A stretch of DNA of 64,000 nt from the human T2T-CHM13v2.0 reference genome, Homo sapiens. The first letter of the stretch is position 1, and each line of letters begins with the position of its first letter. Shown here in pieces: positions 27,490 to 38,539 of this stretch. The stretch lies in assembly GCF_009914755.1 (NCBI RefSeq), contig NC_060939.1; one strand, 5' to 3'. The notes beneath the pieces are model-generated. The model was not told the origin of the DNA. It searched no databases and saw nothing but the letters and a program-made list of their open reading frames with translations. The translations under genes and the position numbers were made by a program.

Positions 27490-28825
27490 AGTACTAGTCA
27501 CTCAGAGCATTCCAAGACCTGGGAACCTGCCTGGTCGATATGCCACTCACAATTCTCAGATTGTCAGGAGAATCTACACAGCAGAACAAGCCCAAAATAC
27601 ATTTCACTAAAAGGAAAAATCATTCCCCAGTGAATTATGACAAACTGTATTGTTTAATCTGTGTCTTAATATATTTTATGGAAAAAATTAAATAAAAAGG
27701 CAAAATACAAATTTTGGTCATTTAGTTCCTCATTCCTTAAGTTGTTTTGAAAATAATTTGTTTTCTTCTTGGTTTTCTTTTGATTAAATGTCAGCATTAT
27801 GAAATAAATGTTTCTTTTTGTCCAGCTGATTGGTTAATATATATTAGTATGAGCTTTATTTTACTCATGATTTCACTTCCAAAAGTTGTATTGCCTTTGA
27901 AAAATTAATGTGTCTAGCTTAGTATAGCTGCAGTATATACCTTTAACTAAACGATGCAATATACATAGATGTCATAATCTGTTTTAAGTCAACTAAAAAA
28001 TTAATGACAAAATGTTAAGAATGCCAGTTTTACAACTCTATGCCATTATTTTTTCTAAAGAGAGGTATCTCTTCACACACATACACACACAGGCACACAC
28101 ATGCATATACACTTCTGTAAGCTAATATAGGGGTTCACCGGACCTCGACATAATCTCTTTCTGTTGTTTAGTTTGAGATATAGAAAATTATATATGCAAA
28201 ATAAATGATCATTGGCAATTGTTTAAATTATGTACTAGATTAAAATCCCAAAGTTGAGATGCCATTCCTTTAATTAAACTTTCAACAGTAAAATAATTAG
28301 TACCCCACTGTTGACTCTTTATTGTGCAATGTTAAATCCTGGGACACTGGTCACACTAATGCATGGCACTGCTGCTGTTAGCGTGTCTTGAACCTTATCT
28401 TTAAAATGCTATGGTATGAGAAGTATGCAAGTAGCATATATCATTACTCTATCAAACAACAAGTAAATGATTTCTGAAGTTCGGTTGGATGTCTATGGGC
28501 AAAAAAATAAGCTTGAACTTATACGATAGTTAATTCCAAATGAATTGAGGCCCTAAAGTCAACATAAAAACACAATATATTAGAAAAAATACATAGGAAA
28601 AAATATTCACGAACTAAGGCTAGCAAAGAGTATTTATACTTGACACTGAAAGCATGATCCCTGCCCCCACAAAAAAGTGATAAATGAGACCTTGTCAAAA
28701 GTGAAAACTTTTGGTCTACCAAAAGCTTGTCATGAGGTTGAAAAGGCAAATTAGGCTGGGAGAAAACACTTGCAAACCAGAAATCTGATAAGGCTTGAAT
28801 CTGTGATATATAAATACCTCTTAAA

Positions 28826-29642
28826 TAATTTCATTTCTTTTTATGACTGAACAATATTATATCATATGCAATACTGTGATTTGTTTGTTCATATTCTGAT
28901 GGGCACTTGGCTTGCTTTCATCTTTTGACTTTTGTGACTGCTATACCCATTGGTAGACAAGACCCCTTTTGACTGTTGTGACTGCTATACCCATTGGTAG
29001 ACAAGACCCTGTTTGAGTCCCAGCTTTCAGTTCTTACGGGTATATTCCTAGAAGTGGAATTGCTGGACCATATAATAATTCTATATTTAATTCTCTGAGG
29101 AAATGACAACCTGTTTTTCACAGCAGCTGCACCACTTTACATTTTCACCAGCAATGCACAAAGATTTTAGTCTCTTCACATCCTCACCAACACTTGTTAT
29201 CTTTTCCCTTTTTATTGATAACAGCCATCCTAGTGGATGAGAAATTGTAGCTCATTATGATTTTGATTTGCATTTCCCTAATGACTAAGGATGTTTTAAT
29301 ACATGCTATACCACGGATGTTCAGATGCATGCTATGCCTTTGGAAACATCATTTAAGTCAAATAAGGCCAACAAAAAAGGGATGAGTACTCTATGCCTGC
29401 ACCTCCATGAGGTATCTAGAGTAGGCAGATTCACAGAGAAAGCAGAGTGGAGGGGACCAGGGAGTGGGGGGAGGAGAGAACGAGGGGAGCACAGAGCTTC
29501 TGTGTGGGAGGATGAGCAGGTTCTGGAAATAGAGTGGCGATTGCTGCCCAACATTGGGAATGTACTTACTATGACTGAGTTGTACACTGAAAATGATTAA
29601 AATGATACATTTTATATTATGGATTTTTAAATCACATTTTAA
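28826..29642 (+). mobile_element. 5'-inverted L1MB-type insertion (inverted arm about 28826-29295, forward arm about 29298-29642)
   Basis: Left arm is minus-strand L1 (agaagtggaattgctggaccata, tttgatttgcatttccctaatgact); right arm is a plus-strand 3' UTR starting atacatgcta. Confidence 0.75.
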
Positions 29643-29700
29643 ATGTATACTAAAAACTGAACAACAACAAAACAATCCAGTTAGAAATGGGTAAAAGACA

Positions 29701-29983
<283 letters not shown>

Positions 29984-30030
<47 letters not shown>

Positions 30031-30150
30031 AGAAGAAAAGAAAGAAAGAAAAAGAAAGAAAGAAAGGAAGGAGAGACAGAGAGAGAAAAGAAGAAGGAGA
30101 AGGAGAAGAAAAGAAAGAAGATGAAGAAAAAGGAAAGAAAGAAAGAAGAA
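29984..30150 (+). repeat. Polypurine (GAAA)n(GA)n(GAA)n tract derived from the Alu tail
   Basis: About 165 nt of almost pure A/G. Confidence 0.9.
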
Positions 30151-31044
30151 ATTGGTGAGAGACATAGTCATTTGACCAAAGGTGATATTTACATGGAAAA
30201 TCTGCATGTGAAAAGATGTTCAATGTCATCAGCTATTATTAATAGTAAATGTAAATTAAAACCACAGTAAGCTATCACTACATACCTATTAGAATGGCTA
30301 AAATAAAAAAATAGTGGGAACATCAAATCCTGGCAAGGATGTGGAAAACCTGGATACACTGCTGGTGGGAATGTAGAATGACACAGAAAATAGTACAGAA
30401 GTGTCTTATAAAACTAAAACTGTACTTACCATATGACCTAGCGATTGCAAGCTTGGGCATTTATCGTGGAGAAATGAATAGTTATGTTGACACAAAAATC
30501 TATGTATACATATTCATAGTAGCACTATTCTTAATAGCCTCAAACCAGAAACAGCCCTCATGTTCTTCAGTGGTTAATGGTTAAGCAAACTGTTGGTACA
30601 TCCTTAAAATGGATGACTACTCCACAAGAAAAACAAATTACTCATATATGCAAGAACTTGGTCTGCAACAGCATTCGAAGCTGAGTGAAGAATGCCAGTC
30701 TCCAAAGGTCACATATGTGGGATCCCATTTATATAACATTCTCAAAATAAGCAGGAAGTGAGAGCTAAGGTGGAGTTGTTAAGTGTCTTCTGTTATTTAA
30801 AAAATGAAAGAAGACCTAAATAAGTAGAAAAGCATCTTGTGTTCTTGAACTGAAATACTAAATATTATTAAAATGACAGTACTCTACAAGGTGATCTGTA
30901 TTGGTTTTCCTCTGTTCTGCTTCTCTTTCAAACTTGCAGACACTTTCCTCTTATTCCCTGAGTAGCATCATGGTCTGCTTAGTTCTAAATGTCTTCATTT
31001 TCAGATGAACACTTCTTGTATCTTTTACAATATTTCTTAAATCA

Positions 31045-31372
31045 TAGCTGTCTGATTGAAATACAATGCAAGCCACCGATACAATTTTAGATTTTCTAGG
31101 AGTCTCATTATAAAAAGCAAAAGGGAACAGGTGGAGTTAATTTTACTGCATTTTATTCAATACAGTCTATACAGAATATTGTCATTTTGCTATGCAATCA
31201 ATATGAAAAATTATCAATGAACTATTTTAATAAAATAGCCTGAGATATTTTTATGCTAAGTCGTAGACACCAGTGTGTGTTTTATGACATCACACTTCAG
31301 TGTAGAGCAGCCACATTTCACAGCTCAGTAGCCTATTGCCTCTCAAGGCCACCGTGCTGCTGGAAAGCACAG
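31045..31372. mobile_element. MER33-like hAT-Charlie non-autonomous DNA transposon
   Basis: gctgtctgattgaaatacaatgcaagccac ... gcagccacatttcacagctcagtagcc ... tggaaagcacag; length about 325 bp. Confidence 0.7.
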
Positions 31373-34244
31373 TCTGAGACCCACGCAGAGGTCTTCACAC
31401 AAGATGCACATCTTCAAAACCCTAGATTTTGTTTAGTATCAGTCATGTTCTTCATTCCTCTTTTCCCATTTTTTCTCCCTGTTTATTTCCAGCGTCTTTC
31501 TTTATACATGCTCTGCACTCTCTAGTCTCTCAGTTCCAGATTTGAAATCCAACTATGAGATGTCTTGACTAACCTAAAAAAAGCCATAAAATCTATGCAA
31601 ATATGCATGTATTTGTATGTGCATAAACTAAATCTCTCACACACACAAATAAGCCTTGTGATTCAAAAAGTTCCAGACCACCCGTGCTTCTCTAAACCCC
31701 TTCCTATACATTCACTATTGGAACACAGGCTAGAGAAGGGGAGGAAGATACCTTCAAGTGCAACGCCGTCTCTGAATCAACTAGGACTGTTATTAATAGA
31801 TAATTCAGCACTAAATATGGAGCGAGGGGAGTCTTAAAGCTAAGAAATACTAGTCATTGTTTGTTACTGTTCGGCTCCTCCTTGGGGGAGATTCTGCTAT
31901 TAATTCATGTGCCCGAGCTGGTCGGGAATGTGGGGTCAGCGCTTCAGGCTGCCCTTGAGTGGGGCCAGTCTGAAAATAAGCCCTGTCCGCCTCAGGAAAT
32001 GGAAACACATGTCCGCATCACCTGCTGCTTTTGATACTGGTACCCTAAAAGTTATCCATCAACACACTTCTTGTGGACGTGCTGTTAACCAGGAACGTGC
32101 TGGAAAGACCTGTGGTTGCTCCTTCTCCCTGCAGTGATGCCCCCCACCCCAGGCATTCTTTCCATCTCTCTTTTTAAACATACTTGCTATGAGGAGATGC
32201 CAGAAAACCAAAGGGCAATGGAAACCGATTTAAGATGATCAAGTCCCCTGATGTGGTGGTTCTGTGGTCCTGAGGTTAAGTTCATTGCTATTAAGTTTGA
32301 TTCAGACGCTGGTTCACGGCACTCGCATCCTTCCAGGCCACAGGTCTGTGCAGAGTGTTGACTTGGGGAAAGATTCTCCATGCATCGCAGGAGGACCATG
32401 CTCCTAGTTAGGTGCTCAGTGCCCCCAGGGAGGCACCATGTGCGTTTCATGGTCAGCTTTGTTCCCTCCAGACAGTAAGGTGCCTGAACTGGACAGGACA
32501 ACTACATTTATCTATGTTGCTATCAGGCTTTGCAATATTGACTGGCCGTGCAGAGGTACAGACAAACCAGCAAATGTATATTTTTGCACTAATACCTCCT
32601 TTCTTCCTGTTTGCAGAGCATATAGAGTACAGCAAACTGTATTTCATTCTAAACTCTTGTTGATGTGACCTAGGGAGAGAATCAACCACTCTTTAGTCAT
32701 CCAAATGCTTCATATCTGGTGTGTGTATTATAATAAGCCAGGTCAAAATCTCCTTGTCTTCTGCCTACTGCCTAAGTGCACTAATGAGGCGGCCCACTGC
32801 CAGGTGGGGCATCCCAACAGGTGGGGCCTTCCCCCATGTCTTTTGCTGTGGCAGGAAAGGAGCATACTGCTCCTTTAGGAGACTCCAACTAGGAGGGTCC
32901 TGTCTCCTAGTTGGAGGAGTAAATCTCTAAATGGCAGCTTCTGCAAGGTGTCCACAGAGGCCCCGGGTCCTCTCACACAGAGGTAAGAGGTGTGGACATC
33001 CAAAAGGAAGTCCACCTTCCCAGGTGAGGGCGGAGCCTACCAGACATGTAGACGTCAAGGTCCTAAATGCTCAAGCATCTTCTTAAATCCACAAACTCTG
33101 GAAGCAGCTAGAGGGAGCTCTGCGGCATGTCCAGCATCCTGGACCTGTGAGTAAGAATCAAGCTGTTGCCCTGGGAACCAGGCTTCCCATCAAGGACCAT
33201 GCTAGGCAGGCCTCTGCCACAGGTGAGGTGGATGTTTATCATCTCCTGCTTTGCCTGTTTCATATGCTCCACCCCTTGCCTTCTCCCACCCCTTCCTGTC
33301 CTTGCTTCCCGTTACTGTAGACTTGCACACCTTGTGGAATGGGAGGCTGCTGGTTGCAGTCAGTCGGGCTGGCTGTGCATTCCTGCTAAGATGACAGTGA
33401 AGTAACAGGGCTTCAGTATCGTCCCCCAATAACTGACCTCCTTACTTTGGTGGAAACTCACTACAGAGGGCAAACCACTGTACAGGTACACAGGATTGCG
33501 CTGGTTCCTTTTGCCCAGTCTTGAAGGTGGGTTATTTTATTCCAGCTTTAGTGACGTAATTTGTTCAGAGAGGTTAAGAACATGATCATAGCATTGATAA
33601 GAGACGCCAGCTTCTGAGGATAAGAAGGGGACTTCTCACTTTGAAGGTCATGGCCTTCTCACTCCATTTAGGTGACCCTGCGTGACTTGTAACAGTGAAC
33701 CTGGAGGCATCGTGCCCCTTCCTCAAACATCCCAGAGTTGATGGAGGGAGGAGGCGTTGGGGCAGGAAGGCTGGGGAGGCGAGCAGTGAGGGTGACTTTC
33801 AGCATCTCTCAGGTTCCATCACACAGCAGCTAGCCTCTCCTCTTGTGTCAGGGAACCTTCTTCATCTCTCTAAACCCCTCTAAACCTCCCTTTCCCCATC
33901 TGCAAGGTGGGAATGACAGCAAGTTATACGATGATGGAAGGGACTCTAGGTGAAGGTGTTATAGATTCCCACTTAAGTTAGCTCAGAAAGCGTACAACCA
34001 TGGGAGTGTTGTGGCTACATGGGCAGGAGCGGGTGCGAGGGATAATTGCACAGTTTCTCTGCGGCCTCTGGAATTCCCAGGGGAAAGAAAGTGCAGTTGT
34101 GGTAGACACATTCTACACAGGCAAGGTTTTCAAGGGCAGAGAAAATAGCCAAACCCTCACTAAGCCATCAGCCTTTCATACTGGGTTTCTTACTTCTCAA
34201 TTTTAAATAATCTACCCACCAATGTACATATGTCTGTGCAAAGA

Positions 34245-35185
34245 TTGCAAATACCAAGCTCTCTGTTGAGTTAAACATGCAACCAGGAGTATGATCCATA
34301 CTCTCCTCTCCATAGTACAAACAACTTGAAGGAGCCACTGAGAGTTCTTGGCATTATTGAGACGTTTGCTCTGTCAAAGGCAAATTTTGCAAAAATAACA
34401 AGGTCAGAAAACCTTCATGTTTCTTACATCTTCCATAAAGGAAAAACTGAAGTCAATAAAAATGGAACCAAAGCTTCAGCAACAATTGTAATTCTAATCA
34501 CATGGTTATCACCTCCTTGCTTTATACTAGTCAGACATTTTCTATTTTTCATGCAATGTAATCCGAAAGTGCTGTCTTACTGATGGGGCAGACAAACCCT
34601 GGAGAGTATACAAAAGAAACCATGTAAAGCAAGGACGACTTTGCTAAGAAGAAAAAAGTCCTATGCTACATCTTTCATGGTTCTGTTATGTACTTTTGTG
34701 CAGCATTTGCTTTTTGAAAGCTGTTTTTTAAGAACAGAGATTCAATGATGCATGCTTTTGTTTTGGGGTGTGTTTTGGAGGGAAAGAAGGGCAAGATGGC
34801 TGGAACACTGTGCTGAGAAATAAACAGACTTCAGAGGCCTGAAAGCTTCTTCAAACTACTGAAGAGTTAGCCAGGTCAGCAACTCTTCCGAGTATTTATT
34901 ATCTAGTTCCAGATTTTTGTTTTGTTTTGTTTTTATATGTGGCTTTCCAGAATTAATTTTACTAGTGCGATGGTGTAGGAGAAGACATTTAATGGTAGGG
35001 TACTTTTTTGTGATAGAAATATTATTTGCCTTTTTAAGTATGTTTTTTCTTTTTTGCCCTAGTCAGAGTTTTAAGATTAGCATTAATTGGGGGTAGAGAG
35101 TAAAAGAGCTAACCGCTAGCTTCTTTGTGTGTTTTTGTTATAGTTTATGATGCATGTATTCACTCAAAAAGTTTAGAAAACTTTT
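34245..35185 (+). pseudogene. SERPINE4P: Processed, 5'-truncated and internally deleted pseudogene of SERPINE2 (protease nexin-1) including the 3' UTR; probably the locus named SERPINE4P
   Basis: ORF 34326-34583 reads LKEPLRVLGIIETFALSKANFAKITRSENLHVSYIFHKGKTEVNKNGTKASATIVILITWLSPPCFILVRHFLFF, which aligns to SERPINE2 LKEPLKVLGITDMFDSSKANFAKITRSENLHVSHILQKAKIEVSEDGTKASAATTAILIARSSPPWFIVDRPFLFF. No introns, frameshifts near 34323 and 34570, and downstream sequence (gagtatacaaaagaaaccatg ... tgcatgtattcact) resembles the SERPINE2 3' UTR. The symbol is from memory and less certain than the parent-gene call. Confidence 0.88.
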
Positions 35186-36039
35186 ATAAACTTTAAAAAT
35201 CAAACTTGAACCAAGCTGAGTGTCAGGGAAGCCCTGGGTCAGCCCGATGACTGCGCCTGGCCTGCAGGAAGCTCCGTGCTAGAAAATGGAGCCTGCACAC
35301 TTCCGTAGGTACATTCAGCCCATCATCCCGTTTCATCCTTACCTTGACTTTGAAGTCCCTGTTTTTTTAAGCACCCTTCCCAGCTGAGGAACATCAAGCA
35401 CGAAGAGATGAGGTCATCTGCCCCTATCATGCAGGGGGCAAGGCTTTGAGCAGAGCAGAATGGCCAGCAAGTCTGCGCTCTCGGGATCAATATATCACGC
35501 GCCAGAAAGGGGCTCACGGCTATTGTTACCCCATTATTGTTGTTATTGGTGGAGGACAGTCAGAACCAAAAGACACTCAGGCCATGGAGTGTGAGATGTA
35601 CACGGCTGCAGCATGCTCTGCCCTGGCTCGCCACTTGGGATGAAGATTAAAAAATATGTGGTGCTGTTTATCTCTGACAACTGTGTTGGCTGCAGCCATA
35701 TTAGAGCCAGAGAAATTATTAGGAAAATGTCACTGCTGTTGCAGAGCTGTCAGAGATGTCTGAGAATGTTGCCTGGCTTTCTGAGTTTTAAGAGACAATG
35801 TTCCATTCTCCCAGGGTGATTAATTTGGAAGAGGAGTAAATGCCAGCGAGTGAAGCTCAGTGTGAGCATGTCAGAGTCCTGCCACTGCCACGTCATCGCA
35901 GTCCCAAGGCCATGTCCTGCTTTCCCACTGGCCTGACACAGGCCCAGCGCCAAGCAGTGGCCAAAGAACAGTGAGGATCCCTCTTCTGTGCATGTGTTTC
36001 CTGCTGATCTTCAGGGAAGCACATTCTGACCCCAGTCCC

Positions 36040-36190
36040 CACCTACCAATTTCCTTTTACAGATGCAAAAACCGAGTCTTAGGGAAAGAATTCAAATGCT
36101 GGTGCAGGGTCACACAGCTAGTGTGTGGTTGAGCAACCATGTGAACTCAGCTCTTGTTGTCCAAGTGCAGGGTTCTCTCCACTACCCCAG
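36040..36190 (-). mobile_element. MIR fragment
   Basis: ttttacagatgcaaaaaccgagtctta ... agggtcacacagctagt. Confidence 0.55.
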
Positions 36191-38539
36191 CCTGTGTCTC
36201 TGGCTGCTGCTAGCACATCACCCCTCCACAGCGTTCTGTATCATCTCCATTCATATTCTGGCCACTGCCTTCTCAATAAAGGAGTGAAAAACATGGACTC
36301 ACATGCCAGACAGGACAATGCTGCTGCTTCCATTCCCACAGACCTTCCAGAGAAAAGAAACGTGGAAATGCAAGGGTTCGCAGATTCTCAGGGCATTCCC
36401 AAGGGACGGGAGGGATGCCTCTTTCAAGGGGAGAAGCTGGAACATTCTTCATCAGAGTATTGTGGACGTTATTCGAAAACAGCTTATTTAATTGCAGTAG
36501 GATTTCTTGGAGCTCCTTTCCCCTGTGCTTTGTCTTTGATCCACAGTGTGAACCAAGGCGGGGAGGCTGCCTCCTGGGTCCTGACTCCTTCCGTTCTACC
36601 TGGACCAGGGGCTCCTGGACGCAGAGCGTTGCTCCCGCCTCACCTGCTCCTGCCTCCTAGTCTGGACTCTTGAGAAGCTTCACGTTGTTGCCCATTCTGC
36701 TCAGAGCTTAAAGCACAAGGTACAGGGCTGGTTCCAGGATCACCTGGGCAGTGCCAAGGGGATGCGCTCAGCAAGTGACAGCAAGATACAGTAAATTACC
36801 TCTCAAAACAGACTTGCTACCAAAACTATCTCCAAGACCCTACCTGTCTACTCTAAAACTTGACATTTTTCTCCTTTAAGCTCCCCTGCCCTTCGCGGTG
36901 GCTCATGGATGGTACTGTGCAGTGCCTCGGGCTCATCTGACCATTCACAGTTGGAAACACGAAGGGGAGGGAGGAAGGGGGACTGGGAGCCAGCACCTCC
37001 CCCACGTGGCAGCTCTAGCAGGGCGAGACTGTCTTGGCGTGCAGAAGTCCCTGTGGCTGGCCCTGCAGTGCCTCAGTCATGAGCCAGGTGTGTCTCAAAC
37101 AGACCTGTGCTTTGTTGCCGATTTAACAGCATGAAATGATAGAAATGAGAAATCTGGAAGTGAAATAGTTTCCCCTGCTGGACTGCTGCAGCCTTACTGT
37201 AATTAGGAAGAAAGTCTGTCAATGTATTTTGGTTATAAGTTGCTATTTCCATGCACCCAATCAATATTTTCAAAAAAGTTTGGCCTTGTTGATTTTGGAG
37301 GTTAGGGAGCATGTCTCCTGTGGGCTACTGAATGCTTCGATCACAGTAGGTGCTTAATAGGTATTTATATGTGTAGGTGGCTGTCTAAGCTAAATCATTT
37401 GCGTTAATAGCTTAAGATGATGCAACTCATGTAATGCTTCATTTTGGGAAATGCAATTTAACTAAGTGGGTGGTTAGCTCATTAATGAGGACATGTGCTG
37501 TTACCTATTCAGAACACGGTACGTCAACAAATTCTAAAGCCGTGTCTCAAAGAAAAGGAAACAAAATTTAAAAAAGGCATAGTTGAGGCACATTCTAGAC
37601 TGATTGTGATTATCTGGGAATACAGCCAAACAATCCAATTATTATTTTTTATGGGAGCAAGAACAGAGGACTTGGGTAATGTTTAAATGTGCCAGATGGA
37701 CTGCCTTCTATACTTCTAGGCACCTTTCCTTTTTTTGGATGACCAGGATCTGGAAAAAAATCAGAAAAGTTTATGCATTTTCACCCCTTGTGTTGCAGCC
37801 ATGCCAGCAAGGCAGAGACTATGGCTTTGAGGATGATGCTTGCATAAAAAGGAGGACATTCAGCTCATGTGGAAGGCTGTACTTCCAGAGAAACCAGCGA
37901 GGGTAGCATCTCAGTCCTCATCTTATGAATAATGTGATCTGTTCTGAGGGGTCTGGGGAGTGAGGAGCAGCATGAATTTTCTCCCTAGTTAGGCTTATTC
38001 TGACCCCACACTCTTTCTTGTACTAGCATATATGGGGTATCAGAGACACTGGGGCCAAGGCCCAGGCCTGGTTTAAAGGAAGGATTTCCTTGATCATCTT
38101 AATACCTTAGCACTGTGAGGTGGTGACCTGTTTTTATTTTTGTCTCTGTAGACATGATGCAGGTTGTAAAGGTCAATATAAATATTTTTTGGTTATTTAG
38201 TGTGCAGGCAAGCTCATTCTGTTGACTTGTCTTTCTAAAGAAGTTTCACTAAAGTCTCGTTGCAGTGAAAAGTTAATATTGTATGGAAATCAGTATCTGA
38301 AATGTTCTCTCTATTTAGCTAAATTAAATACTGAGAACCTTTGTAAGGATATGTAATTTTTATAATAAAGTTATTTTGATCATTGTATCAAATTCTAGAA
38401 AAATTAAGAAATTTGCATACCAACATCAAGCATACCAAGCCACAAATTAGTATACTTCTCTTTGATTGTAGGTTGATTAACTAATTGGGAAATTACCAAT
38501 TGATAAACCATTTTTTTTAATTTAAATTTTAGTCTTGTC

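Noticed and set aside
34326-34583. Functional serpin mini-gene
   Set aside because: Begins at TTG, frameshifted on both sides, reactive loop destroyed; treated as pseudogene.
36125-36673. 182-aa ORF
   Set aside because: Starts in a MIR at a non-ATG codon, no recognisable domain or exon structure.
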